Positions 34,183 through 47,583 are shown, numbered from the stretch's first letter. The stretch is 64,000 bases of DNA from Octopus vulgaris (GCA_951406725.2 OX597820.1:99014001-99078000), one strand, 5' to 3'. The notes: generated by a model not told the origin, from the letters alone. Numbers and translations are program-made.

Positions 34183-35645
34183 AGGTATTTCTACTAACAG
34201 CTTAGCCATTTTGACGTGTTTCCAGTACCCATTCTGCCACATGCTCTTCGAGAGTTTTCCACATAAGAATGCCTATTCTCATGGTACATTTTTTTCTTGG
34301 CATTTCCTTTAAAGACGCTTCAATCTTTCTCCAGTCACGCACCAACTTTTCACTGACACCAAATTCTCTAGCGACTGCACAGTTATTGGAGCCCTTAGCA
34401 AATTCTATCACTTTTATTTTGAAACCACAGTCATACTTCCGTCTTTTTTCATTGGGTGCCATGGTTAAATTTCCTGCTATTTTCACAGCTACGTATACAA
34501 ATTCAAGATTGTTGATGGTCATAGATATATTTCTTTATTGCCCACAAGGGGCTAAACATAGAGGGGACAGACAAAGGGATCAAGTCAATTACATAGACTC
34601 CAGTGCGTAACTGGTACTTAATTTATCGACCCCGAAAGGATGAAAGTCAAAGTCAACCTCGGCGGAATGTGAACTCACAACGTAACGGCAGACGAAATGC
34701 GGCTACGCATTTCGCCCGGCGTGCTAACGTTTCTGCCATTGTATCTGGAATGGACGTTAACGCTAGCTGGCTAGGTTACACACCGTTAAATGTACCTATA
34801 GGTAATTAAAGTAGTTAGATAGTTTGGTAGTTTAGTAATTTCAAAGTCTGTACAATAGTCTGAAGAGTGTACAATAGTTTGAAGTTTGTACGATAATATC
34901 GAAGTCTGTACGAAAGTTCCCCACGAACCCATAGTTCAACAGCTAGCCGCTTGGTGTTGATTGTACTACTGGTACACTGATTAGCTGTTGCGAATGGCGG
35001 GTTTTCAGTTCTGTATTTTCTACTGCTGTAATGTAGTATGTGTAAACAATTATGATATTAAATGGTCTATCTCTACGTTAGATAGACTTAAGAAACTTGA
35101 GTTTCAGTAGGAAATAATTATGATGGGATACTAGAGTTATGACAAGTGGTGTACAATGTGCGGCAGTTTCACTTGACTACCCCTTAGTAGTAACGGTTCA
35201 CATTTTATATTTAGTAGATAAGTCGACCCTTTGTTTTGGGGAGAGATTTTTAGGCTTCAAATAGCGACTTATACGTCGGCATATACGGTATGTATATGTG
35301 GATGCATATATGTAAATATATATGTATGAATGATTGTGCGTATACATCTACTTATGCATGTATGTATGTATGTATGTATGTATGTATGTATGTATGTACT
35401 GCAAGGGCTTTCAGGGAGTGAGGTTATGGAGGAAAGGGCAGAGCCCATGGTCATTGCCGGCCCTCGAAGATTGCTGAGGTTGATACCCGTTTACGTTTCA
35501 CTTAAATTGTTGCAAATTGCCTCAAGCAGGAAAGACATAAACAGGAACGAGATTACCATGAATGTTTATACAAAGTTATCGCATGCGGCTCCATCTATTA
35601 TTATTATTTACTTATTGTTATTATCTATTTGTTGTTATTAACCTC

Positions 35646-35950
35646 GGAGGCGCAATAGCCCAGTGGTTAGGGCAGCGGACTCGCGGTCGGAGGAACGCGG
35701 TTTCGATTCCGAGACCGGGCGTTGTGTGTGATTATTGAGTGAAAACACCCAAAAAAGCTCCACGATGCTCCGGTAGGAGGGGAGGCGATCCCTGTTGTAC
35801 TCTTTCGCCACAACTTTCTCTCACTTTCTCTTCCTGTTTCTTGAGTAACGCTGCGATGGACTGGCGTCCCGTCCAGCTAGAGGGAACACATACGCCACAG
35901 AAACCGGGGAAACCGGGTCCATGAGCCTGACTAGGCTTGAAAAGGGCGAC
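35646..35950 (+). mobile_element. SINE family B-related copy with a different 3' half
   Basis: Same tRNA-like head as family B; 3' part gatggactggcgtcccgtccag... Confidence 0.75.
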
Positions 35951-36045
35951 TTTTTTTTGTTTGTTTGTTATTAACCTCAGATTCGCTATGATTGAGTAAA
36001 GATACAATCATAGGCTTTCCAGCTATGACCAGCCATGCCTGGGAG

Positions 36046-36085
<40 letters not shown>

Positions 36086-36927
36086 CATCATCTGTCTAAA
36101 ACTACAATATTTTGGACTGCGGTCAAGGTGGAGCAGTGTCTTGAAAGATTTAGATCGTCCTCTGTACTTGCTTTTTTTTAAAGTCTGGTACCTTTTTCTA
36201 TCATTTTCTTTTGCCGAACTCCTAAATCACATGTACGTTTACAAACCAACATTAGTTGTCAAGCGATGGTAGGAATAAACACACACATATACACACGTAA
36301 ATACGTATACGTGTGTGCAAATACGACAGGCTTCTACAAAGTTTCCGTTCACCAAGTTCGCTTCCTTCAGCCAATTGGACCATTTACTCCCAATCTAGCC
36401 CCGCGCCCAAAGAGGCCACAACCTAAACTGCGACATTTCATGAAGGTGGTCTCTCTGCAGTTTAAAAGAAAGTCTACATTAAAAAATTTTTTTTAAACAT
36501 ACTTTCTACACTTTAGCAACACAAGATACCAAGAGATAAAACCCAAAATTGCTTGGTTCAGCCTTTGTAAGGGTGCTTATCCCCCTCCCCCAACTTAGAA
36601 TTTCAGCCCCTCCAGAATTTTGTGTTAATCACTCCTCAGTAGATAGACACAATACTTTATCACTTGATGTCGCTAAAGAGGCAATAATAGATTTAGTGCT
36701 ATGTGAAAATATGCGGGTAACTACAAACGCGCGCGCGTGCGTGTACTGTAGAACTGGTCAGTGCTGAAAGCAATGCCATCTTAATTCCCTATGGAGAAAT
36801 AAACTGGAGACAGATTTATGTATGCGAGTGTGTCTAAAAGCATTAACTCCTTTATCCCTGGCGACAAAAATCTTCTAGGAACACATGTTTATGTGTATGC
36901 ATATATACACATACATACAGACATACA

Positions 36928-37340
36928 GGCGCAGGAGTGGCTGTGTGGTAAGTAGCTTGTTTACCAACCACATGGTTCCTGGTTCAGTCCCACTGCGTGA
37001 CACCTTGGGCAAGTGTCTTCTACTATAGCCTCGGGCTGGCCAAAGCTTTGTGAGTGGATTTGGTAGACGGAAACTGAAAAAAGCCCGTCGTATATATGTA
37101 TATATATATATGTATATGTGTGTGTGCGTGTATGTTTGTGTTTGTCCCCCTAGCATTGCTTGACAACCGATGCTGGTGTGTTTATGTCCCCGTCACTTTG
37201 CGGTTCGGCAAAAGAGACCGATAGAATAAGTACTGGGCTTACAAAGAAAAAGTCCCGGGGTCGAGTTGCTCGACTAAAGGCGGTGCTCCAGAATGGCCGC
37301 AGTCAAATGACTGAAACAAGTAAAAGAGTAAAGAGTAAAG
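36928..37340 (+). mobile_element. SINE family A copy
   Basis: Full match to family A. Confidence 0.88.
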
Positions 37341-37916
37341 ACATACAGACAGATTTATGGTACTGGTAACGCACACATACACACACACGTATATATATGA
37401 ACAGAGATGCCATTTTATTCCCACCAGTCAGGAATTATTGAGTTTATGAATTCAGAAAAAGGTAAAAACAAAATTCCATCCTTGGTATTTTAAGCTTCCA
37501 ATTTGAATTTTTCCCAAATATACATTCAGAAAGGCTTTTTCAGCTGAGGAGTTTCAAAGAATGATTTTTTATTTCTCTTTGAGCATATTTTCCGAAAGTT
37601 TATACTGAAATCTTTTTGTGCTTAATCAAAAAGGCATGACTTTGAAGAAATTGTTGAAAAAATTTGCTTGAACTGAAATCTCTTCTAATTTAATTCAAAA
37701 GTACATAAATTTTAAGAAATTGTTACGCTTACTATGATAATTTGCCTTAGAATCATTGCGAATTTCAGAACCCATGCAGATTGTTTTGAAGCCATCCTAA
37801 GCATCAAAGTCTGGTGACGGACTCAGATGTGGAACCAGAGTACTGACCCTAAAATTTATAAATTTATAAAACTTGGTTTCTTATGCCACACGCGACTTGC
37901 CATGTTGTTACATATA

Positions 37917-38411
37917 TGACATGCATAAGATCTGGTCATCAAATCTAAGTAGAGACTTCAAACTTGAAATCTTCGAAGCCACAGTCGAACCAATTCTACT
38001 ATATGGCTCAGAAACCTGGACGTTATCAAAGAAGCTTGAGAGGCGGTTGGATGGAACTTACACTCGCCTCCTTATGAGAGCTCAAAATCTCTCGTGGAAG
38101 CATCATCCAACCAAAATGCAAATATATGGGAAACTACCACCTGTGTCATCTCTTGTGAAAGGTAGGAGAGTCCAGTTTGCTGGACATTGTTGTAGAGCTG
38201 AAAACGAGGCAATTTCTACTCTTCTCCTCTGGAAGCCATCTACTCGCAATACCAGAGGGCGCACACTCTCCTACCCTGATGTAATCTCCAGGGATACAGG
38301 CATCCAGCAACAGGACCTCCGTAATGCTATGATGGACCGTGAAGTCTGGCGTAGCATGGTAAATTCCATTGTCTCGACTATGGTCGAACAATGATGATGA
38401 ATGATGATGAC
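37917..38411 (+). mobile_element. RTE-group LINE 3' fragment with (TGA)n tail
   Basis: KIWSS....KLEIFEATVEPILLYGSETWTL...RRVQFAGHC...AMMDREVWRSMV; tga tail; catatat on both flanks. Confidence 0.85.
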
Positions 38412-38529
38412 ATATATATCAATAGGTATAAAGTGTTGGTTTAATCGTTTTCATTCAATCGACATTAGTGTAAGATCACTCGACGAAATATACCTTTAGG
38501 TCAGTGTACTATGTAGTGTTGGTACAATA

Positions 38530-39370
38530 ATGAATCGCTGCCGAAAAAGAGAACTGAAGCAATCATTGCTGAATTTCCAATCTGATTCATCCAATGCTAC
38601 ACAGAAGAAAATTGCAAACGAAGAAGTTTCGCAGCTCAAGGAAGTCGACTGCCAACCAGTGCAGCCAGTTCTAGCAATGTTTGATCCAAAGGTTTATGGA
38701 AATCAGAAACGTGACTTCTCACCAGGCCAGTATACCGACGTCCATGGTTAGAATATTCACATTCAAAGAAAGCTTTATTTTGTTTTCCTTGTCGGCACTT
38801 TAACACTTCTGCTCAAGCGGATATTTGCTTTGTTAAAGATGGGTATGCTAACTGGCATCACGCAAAAGAAGAAAAAAAAAGGTTTAAATAAGCACGCAAA
38901 CTCTGCATCCCTTATTCAAGCTATGGTAAGATAGAGGGAACGCCAACAGCGTTTATCCACAACATCTTGCAAAATGATCAGTTGAGCAAAAACCGTTATT
39001 ATATCAGTTCCATTGTTGATATTGTTCATTTTCTTTGTGCAAACGAATTGCCTTTTCGAGGATACGAAAATGAAGCTTTTCAGGATCTTTATTGGGAAGA
39101 TGACACGCAGCCTTGTGGTATTTTTAAGAAATTATTCCAATGCACATTAGAGAAAGACTCAAAGCTAATGGAATGTTACCGTACGATTCCAAAAAATGCG
39201 ACCTACACCTCAGCAGCAATGCAAAACGAAATCATCGAATTGTTGAAGAGATACACTATCAGCTTTATTGTCGGTGAACTAAAATGTTCCGATGTTCCTT
39301 ACTTTCGCTGAAATGTGACGGAACGCATGATTTGAGTAATACTGAAAATATTGCGATTGTTATTACGTAC
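38530..39370 (+). mobile_element. hAT transposase 5' fragment (TTF zinc finger / ZMYM1-like, DUF4371-like)
   Basis: WLEYS...LFCFPCRHF, GYANW, LNKHANS, LPFRGY, GIFKKL, NATYTSAAMQNEIIELL; frameshifted. Confidence 0.8.
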
Positions 39371-39687
39371 TTATGTCAAAGAGACATGGTTAAGCAAAAG
39401 TTAAAAGTTCAATTATTTTTATAGAGGTTCGGTTTGGTTGAGGTCTTTGTATTTGTGTAAATGTATGCGCATGTATGTTTATGTTAGCATGTGTATGATT
39501 TTACGTATATGTATTTTTTTAATGTTTGGTGAACTGTATACATACACTCACACGCGCGCATGTGTGGGTGTACAGTGAAAGAGCGGAAGAGAGAGAGAGA
39601 GGGAGAAGGTGAAATAAAATTTCTTGTCTCTTGTTCAAAAGACAAAATCTCTTTGCAATGACGCCCATTTGGGCTTTTTGACAAGCA

Positions 39688-39724
<37 letters not shown>

Positions 39725-40094
39725 TCACACACACAGAAACACACACACACATACACTAAGGCTATAGTAGGAGACATTTGGGGTCACACAGTGGTGCTAA
39801 ACCCAGAACCATATAGCTAAGGAACAGACTTCTTGGCACACAGACAGGACTGTTTTCTACAACAGAGGTTATAGAAAAAAAAATAGAAGTTAAGTATATA
39901 ACCGGCTTCCGAAAGATTCTAATTAACAATTTGCATTTTATGCATATATCTTTTAGCGTAACATCATCCAACAGATAGACGTTTCTATAGGATCTTGTTA
40001 AATTTTTTTTCAATTTTTGCCAGAATATTTTTTTAAAAGTGTTGTTTAGATGTAGTTTCGCTTACTGATAGTAAAAATATTTGGTAAATTTATA

Positions 40095-40355
40095 TTGGGT
40101 CATTCCATAAATGATGCGGTTTTTTATACTTCTTTTATTTTTCAAAATGAAAATAAAGTCCATTTTTAATCTAAAATATACTCTCCTTCATTTTCTACAA
40201 TGCTCTTCCATCTATCTGGTAGACTTGCAAGGCCCTCTTCCAAAATTCACTTGCCCGTGACGAAAAATATTCCTCCAGTACTGTTCTGACCTCGTCTACA
40301 GAATTCATATTTTTTCCGTCCAAATTATTTTGAAGACAGCGGAATAGATGATAAG
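40095..40355 (-). mobile_element. mariner 3' remnant
   Basis: YHLFRCLQNNL.GK...LPDRWKSIVENEGEYILD on the minus strand; TIR-like tattgggtcattccataaat. Confidence 0.65.
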
Positions 40356-41291
40356 CAAATTGTTCAGTAGTCGTTGTAGTTTTTGATTTAGTTATAATTT
40401 ACATAAATTATTTTGTTAATTTTAATCGATTTTTAATTTTAGATTTAAACATGGACCAATTTTTATTGAGACCTCAGAAAAATGAGAAAGAGAGTCCTAG
40501 CAAACGAAACGAACCTCCTTATCAAAACGAAAATATAAAGAAAATTACATCCAATATGGTTTTATATTATCGGAAAAAGACAGCTCGGTTCCTTTTTGTA
40601 TGATGTTTAACAACACTCTCAAATGAAGCGATGGCTCCCACTGAACTCCAACGTCATTTAATAACAATTCATCTGCAACATAAGGACAAACCAATAGAAT
40701 ACTTTGAGATGCTAAAAAATAATTTAAAATTCAATCAAAAAGGCTGAAGAAATTCCACTCAATTCCCGAGAAAGTTCAAATCGCTAGTTACAAGATTATC
40801 CAGCTTTTGACAAAGAAGGGAAAAAAACCCACATTCTGATGCCGAAAACATTATTTTACCAACCTTGGCGATCGCTGTTGGCACAATGAGTAGTGATGAA
40901 GCTGTCAAACAAATTAAGACTATTCCTTTATCTGCCCACACGATTTCTCGAAAAATTCAAGGCATTTCGCGAGATATTCATGATCAGCTCTGCGAACATT
41001 TCACTGGAGCAAAAAATGAATTCGAAAACTTGTGAGCCTTACAAATCAATAATTTCCTTTCTGCGAATCATCAGAGGTGGTAAAATCATAAGTAGTTTTT
41101 CTTTTGTGGTGAATTGAAGGAAAGAACGACAGGAGATGTCTTTAACCTGGTAAGCCAAAACGTCGTATTGAGAGGGATGCACTGGCAAACTTGTATTAGC
41201 GTTTGCATTGACGGCGCTAGATCCATGCAGGGTCGAAAAAAAAGGCTTCGTGGCTCGTGTATTACAAAAAAATTCAGAAAATTCACTCCTA

Positions 41292-41479
41292 GGCGTAGGA
41301 GTGGCTGTGTGGTAAGCAGCTTGCTTACCAACCACATGGCTCCAGGTTCAGTCCCATTGCGTGGCACCTTGGGCAAGTGTCTTCTACTATAGCCTCGGAC
41401 CGACCAGAGCTTTGTGAGTAGATTTGGTAGACGGAAACTGAAAGAAGCCCGTCGTATATATGTGTATATATATGTATGT

Positions 41480-41549
<70 letters not shown>

Positions 41550-41765
41550 TTGTGTGTCTGTGTTTGTCCCCCCAACATCGCTTGACAACCGATACTAGTG
41601 TGTTTACGTCCCCGTAACTTAACAGTTCGGCAAAAGAGACCGATAGAATAAGTACTAGGCTTACAAAGAATAAGTCCTGGGGTCGATTTGCTCGACTATA
41701 GGCGGTGCTCCAGCATGGCCACAGTCAAATGACTGAAACAAGCAAAAGAGTAAAGAGAGAGTAAG
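41292..41765 (+). mobile_element. SINE family A copy
   Basis: Full match to family A. Confidence 0.88.
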
Positions 41766-41994
41766 TTTAAATTGTATGTACTTTGCATGATTCACCACGA
41801 AGTTTTGATGTCAAAATCTGTACCTGATGGTTTCCTCAAGATGATGGACAGCGTTGTTAAAGTGATGAATTACATACAATTGCATTCCCGACAGTGCAGA
41901 CATTTTGCATCCCTATGGATTCTGGTTTTAAGTGTTTACTGCTTCATACAGACGTGCGATGACTCTCGAAAGGAAAAGTGCTCTCGAGTTATCG

Positions 41995-42362
41995 CTTTAC
42001 TCTCTTTTACTCTTTTACTTGTTTCAGTCATTTGACTGCAGCCATGCTGGAGCACCGCCTTTAGTCGAGTAAATCGACCCCACGACTTATTCTTTGTAAG
42101 CCTAGTACTTATTCTATCGGTTTCTTTTGCTGAACAGCTAAGTGACGGGGACGTAAACACACCAGCATCGGTTGTCAAGCAATGCTAGGGGGACAAACAC
42201 AGACACACAAACATACACACACACATATATATATATACATATATACGACGGGCTTCTTTCAGTTTCCGTCTACCAAATCCACTCACAAGGCTTTGGTCGG
42301 CCCGAGGCTATAGTAGAAGACACTTGCCCAACATGCCACGCAGTGGGACTGAACCCGGAACA
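41995..42362 (-). mobile_element. SINE family A copy (5'-truncated), inverted relative to the 41292 copy
   Basis: Reverse-complement match to family A. Confidence 0.88.
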
Positions 42363-43321
42363 TGCTTTCCGAACTAAAATAATATATTTCTTTGATGCTG
42401 AAAATTTTGGATTTGAATTTCTTAACGATGATAATTGGTGGCTGGAACTAGCATTTCTCAACGATCTTTTTGAGAAATTGAACATTTTAAATTTCAGCCT
42501 GAAAGGAGCGAGCGAAAATACTATTACAATTACAGGTAAATGAAAGTCTTTCACCGACAAGTTAGAACTGTGGGCAAAGAAAGTTGATTGGTTTCCATGC
42601 GTTGAGGCTTTTCCAGAAGTTCAGAAGACAGTAGAAAACCTCTCTGTATCATTTTACAAGTATTTTCCATCACTTGATTATCAAATGTACGAGTGGGTCT
42701 TCAATCCTTTCGCAAGATTTGACAGTACACATCTTCCATTAACATTAACAGAAGAAGAAAATTTACTAGACTTGAAAAACGATCCTGTGCACAAAGCCTG
42801 GTATTCTTTCGATATAACTCGACAAAATCAAAACACTTCACTTTGGGTATTTCCGTGGAAGCAAATGACAGTTCGATTCTGTTTTCTGCTTGGAAATTTG
42901 CGGATGTTTACATACACACATGAAACAGGTAAGAACAAATATGCAAGGATGTTTTTTCTTCAAGTTTAAAATGAGACATTGCTGGCATAATTTCGTTATG
43001 TCTACTATACTCCACAACCCACGGAAATGCCCAAAGTGAAATATCTCGACCTTGTCGAGCTATATCGAAGGAATGCCCAAAGCCTCATTTTCTGTGCTAG
43101 AATTGTCAGAACTTTGGTTTTCGCTTTGGAGCCCTTGGGATCATCGTATCTTTGCAAATTAGGTATCTCTGCGCTTATAGAAATCAAGTAAAAAAAAGAT
43201 CAGGAACGATTACAGACGGTAGATGAGGATCTGCGTATTTGTTTATCTAATTTAGAGCCGTATTTTGACAAAATTCTGTCTCACAATCAGTTGCATCTTT
43301 CTCACTAAAAACATTATTATT

Positions 43322-43642
43322 ATATTATCACGGTGACCACGGTGACCGACCACCAGGCTATCAGATGTTGCTACACATCGCTGATCACAATGTGCTTCGC
43401 ATTGTTTTAGCCTTCGAATGACGCCACCCCGCCGGCTAAGCGAGCAGGCCAACAGAAGAAAGAGTGAGGGAAAATTGTGGCGAAAGAGTACAGCAGGGAT
43501 TACCACCACCCCTACCGGAGCCTCGTGGAGCTTTTAGGTGTTTTTGCTCAATAAACACTCACAACGTCCGGTCTGGGAATCGAAACCGCGATCCTACGAC
43601 CGCGAGTCCACTGCCCTAACCACTGGGCCATTGCGTCTCCAC
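43322..43642 (-). mobile_element. SINE family B-related copy
   Basis: Family B head; acattattat on both flanks. Confidence 0.8.
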
Positions 43643-45013
43643 ATTATTATATCATATTGCCTATATTATATTTTAATAAAACAATCTTATCTTATCTTAT
43701 CTAGTTTCAGCTCATGAGCTGTGGCCATGCTGGGGCACCGCCAATGTTATTTTATTGTTACTATAATAAGAATTTATCTATTTTTATTCATACTAAAAAA
43801 GTATATTCAATTTTGTTGGGATTTTTATTTGGTGTGCCACAAAATAAATTCTCCTCGCCTAGTGTGTCGTAAGGTGAAAAAAAAAAGTATGGCAGACACT
43901 GGCCCTAGGTATTATGCAGTGGGATTGAACCTGAAACCATGTGGCTGCAAAACGAGCTTCTTAATCAAACACCCATGACTGCGCGTGTTGTTTAATCCGG
44001 TCTTAGATATCATACCTTTTAAGACACTGAAGTGTGATTTCTGGGTAATGTGGCTGCTATTTCTAGCAGATCAAATAGCTACGTGCAAGCTCCCTTGTTT
44101 GCGCGTTCGTGCCATGTAAACTCCAGCAAACATCTCAATTAGTATTTTAGAAATTATTATCTAAGGGAGATAATCCATAATTTTGTTATCAGAGTTGTTT
44201 TTCTTGAGAAAATATCATTTTCAAACAAAACTATTTTTTTCTTTCTCTTTTCAATCATTGGACTGCGGCCATGCTGCATCACCGCCTTAGAGGGTTTTAA
44301 TCGAACCAATCTTTTGTTTTAAAATCTGGAACTTATTCTATTAGTTCTTTTGCCGAACTGCTAAGTTATGAAAATGTAAATAAACCAACACTTGTCAAGC
44401 TTTGGTGGAGGCGAGAGACAAACAGGCATATCTCTATATATATAAAACTGAGAATGTGTGTCTGTCTGTCTGTCTGCAATCCCAAAGGGATGAAAGGCAT
44501 AACTGACCAAAGTTAGATTCGATCTCAGAACATAAAGAACCAGAACAAATATACTAAGCATTTTGTCCGGCATGCCAATGATTTCACCATCTCGTAGCCT
44601 TTGGTATCAAATTACCTACTGTTATATCGCCGTCACCTTGCACACAATTCAAAACGCTCGGGATCTTATTGCGGTGTCGAGTTCTCTCCCTTAAATATTT
44701 ACCTCCCTTATCAGGACACATTTGCAATTTTGCAAAAGTCCCATAAACTAATTTATTCACAAACCAATGATTACATCGACGTTAGACTCTAAATGTATGC
44801 AATTTAGCTTATGAAATATATTCGTAGAATTTTATAGAAGTAATGTACGTTTTATTTTTTTCACACATATATCGGTAAAAAGTGACTCAGGAACCGGAGG
44901 TTTCGTTCATGTCACGCAGCGTCTGAGATTAACTAATTCAGAGGCGGCTATCCACATGAAACACAACATAGGTTAGTATTGACATATTCAATACAAAGAA
45001 CATTAAAGAAATG

Positions 45014-45566
45014 GGATCTTTTCCTTTTGAACGGCACTTTGTAACATAATTTCTAGGTAACGAAAAAGTTTTAAACTTCGTATATTGGTAGAATGTGTTT
45101 ATAAAACATCATTTTCTCTTGGTTTTATTGAGAAAATTCTATAGTTTGTAAGATATTTCATCTGAAATTTCGAGCATTTCGGCAATTTTAACCAATCTAT
45201 TACCTCCATTGAGCTAAAATCATTTGCTGCGTCTAAAACTGAGACAACATCTTGTCACTAACCCTCAACCTAACCCTAACCCTAAATATTTTCTTCTTAA
45301 TTGTTAAATTAATTTAATTGTTTCGCGTGTAAAAAAAAACGAAAGCAATGGAAAATAATTTAAACAATTAACAAACAAAATAATTCTATAATTTTATACA
45401 CACGCTTTCCGTTCGAAAAATTAAACTACATTAAACAAACAAATTACAATTTTCTCAAGAAAGCCATCAGAAAAAAATGTTTTATTTTGATACATTTTAC
45501 CAGTATACGAAGTTTTAAAGTGTTTAGTTAACTAGAAATTGTGTGCCGTTCAAAAAGAAAAGATCC
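45014..45566. mobile_element. non-autonomous TIR element (MITE) with ~125-bp imperfect TIRs and 8-bp TSD
   Basis: aagaaatg|ggatcttttccttttgaacggcac ... gtgccgttcaaaaagaaaagatcc|aagaaatg; internal ccctaa repeats. Confidence 0.85.
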
Positions 45567-46499
45567 AAGAAATGGAAAGCAGAACAAGAGCATGAATTTT
45601 TATAGTTTTATTCAAAGATAGTTTCCATACATACATATATATGTATGTATATATATATATAGATAGATAGATAGATAGATAAGCATTTTAACAAACAAAG
45701 GGATCTAATCCATTTATTTCAGAGCCAAAAATAGAACAGAATAAAACCCAAGTAAATTTAATTATTTGATGTTGTTCCTGGTGAGATGTTTTCAAAGGTT
45801 TAGTTAGATAAGGTGGCGGAGCGTGTATGTATACATATACACGAGCGTGTGTGTGTGGTGTGTTCATGAGCAAATTATGAGCATGTTTGCAGGCAGAGAT
45901 GTATAAGAATATGCATGAGAAGCATGCACACACACACACACACACGTGCGTGTGCTAGCATATGTGTATGTGTGCATGTATGTGGAATTATGTCGCATAG
46001 TGGTTAGAGGGTTGCACACCTAATTATAAAATTGTAGTTTCGATTCCTGGACTGGGTGATGTGTTCTTGAGCAAGACACTTCATTGCACGTTGCTCCAGT
46101 CCACTCAGTTGGCAGAACAGAAATGAGTAATCATGCAACAGACCAGTGTCCCGTCCAAGGGGAATGTATATGCCACAGAATCAAGGGAAACAGGCCTTAT
46201 GAGCTTCTGGCTCAAGAAGGACCTATAACACTTTTTTTATAGATTATTATTATTATTATTATTATAATTATTATTAAGGTGGCAAGCTGGCAGAATCATT
46301 AGTACACCAGGCGAAATGTTTAGTGGTATTTCATCTGAGTCCAAGTTCCGCTGAGGTTGACTTTGCTTTTCATCCTTTCAGACTTAATAAATTAAGTACC
46401 AGTGATATTCTGGGGGGGGGGGGCATCGATGTAATCAACTAGTCCCCTCCCCCAAAACTTCAAGCCTTGTGCCTATAATAGAAACGATTATTATTATTA

Positions 46500-46535
<36 letters not shown>

Positions 46536-46854
46536 TGTATCATTTGATATTATATAAAGTCACACAGAGGATTTTCTGACGATCCAAAAGCTGAAACTCA
46601 GTGTACCAAAAGTGAAGTATATGCTTCATTTAAATATTTCATCACTCTTTTTGTACAGAGTAATATTTTAAATGTATCTATGTAATGACATACATCAAGC
46701 ATTCTATGTTTTGCTTAGGCGTAGCGCGACTAATAGCCTGGAGTAGAACTCAGTATATGTATGATCCATAACAAAATGTTATATGAGTATAGAGTGGTAA
46801 CAGAAAATAAAGAGAAAACACTAGAAAAACCAAACGTTATAATGAACTTCATTA

Positions 46855-46933
46855 GCTTACAGCTGTTTCTGCTATAAGATGTGGTAGACTCTTAGTTGAG
46901 TACCAGGTCAACATCCTATAGCTTCATCAGAGC
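46855..46933 (-). ncRNA. minimal hammerhead ribozyme (third family)
   Basis: Reverse complement: gct ctgatga a gctataggatgt...acatcttatagc a gaaa cagctg ta agc. 12-bp stem II, palindromic stem III (acagctgt), A-A mismatch at the base of stem II. Confidence 0.7.
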
Positions 46934-47406
46934 ATTGAATATGAAGTGCACTTTATTTTGGGAAAGTTACATTTTCAGAACATACAGGCATTATGAGTGA
47001 GAAAGTTTATGTTGATGGCTATGGAAAATTCTATCCCAAGGTAGAAAAAAAAGTAGGCAAATATATGCATGCACTTAGGGTAGAATTAAAATGGAGATAT
47101 ACAGGTAGACATGCACACTCATTCATATATATATATAGTTAGAATAATAAAGTAGTCAGAATGTTTGATGATTATATTTTTTTATTTACACTTTATTTAC
47201 ACTTTTAGCACTTTCTTTCATTATTGGATTTATCAAAACCAATTTTTGATAAATCTAACTGAAAAAAAACACTAAAAGTGTAAATAAAATGTAAACAAAA
47301 AAATGTTTAAATATATATATATATATATATAATCATCCAACATTTTAACTACCTTATTATTCTAAATGTACAATATCTGTACATCACTTCAAAAACTATA
47401 TATGTA

Positions 47407-47444
47407 TCTTTCTGTCGAAGAGCGTAGGCTCGAAACGTAAAAGA
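47407..47444 (+). ncRNA. hammerhead-like motif with a variant core (fourth family)
   Basis: tcttt ctgtcga a gagc gtag gctc gaaa cg ta aaaga: stems I and II and palindromic acgt present, but the core is CUGUCGA rather than CUGANGA. Lies in a TA-flanked ~145-bp unit. Confidence 0.5.
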
Positions 47445-47544
47445 CTTTTTCTATTTCTATTCCTGAGCGCTATACTAATACAATTGTTTGTTTGTACTCC
47501 ACCTGCCTTCGTCTTTTGTTTATTTTCGTAAACTTTCCTGTTAT

Positions 47545-47583
<39 letters not shown>

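Larger units (their letters stand above)
31472..35288 (-). mobile_element. pogo/POGK-like DNA transposon with both TIRs, decayed and invaded by five SINEs
   Basis: TA|ccgtatgtttcggcgtataagtcg ... cgacttatacgtcggcatatacgg|TA. MAPNEKRRKYDCGFKIKVIEFAKGSNNCAVAREFGVSEKLVRDWRK (Brinker-type DBD); LEEHVAEWV (CENP-B HTH); DMDGT, TVVLSCMADGTKLRP, GGLTSVLQPLDVS (DDE_1); acidic tail. Confidence 0.88.
40431..43308 (+). mobile_element. hAT Buster/Charlie-type (ZBED5/ZBED8-like) transposase pseudogene with SINE insertions
   Basis: YKENYIQYGF, LSNEAMAP.ELQRHL, KPHSDAENIILP, IPLSAHTISRKI, VCIDGARSMQG, CMIHHEVL, LAFLNDLFEKLN.LN.SLKG, WVFNPF, SSYLCKLG.S, LRICLSNLEP...QLHLSH*. Confidence 0.88.

Noticed and set aside
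44430-44482. Helitron-like 5' end (tctatatatataaaactgagaatgtgtgtctgtc)
   Set aside because: Too short, and no matching hairpin-CTAG 3' end was identified.
45256-45286. True telomere or fusion relic
   Set aside because: Only ~4-5 imperfect units and internal to a MITE.
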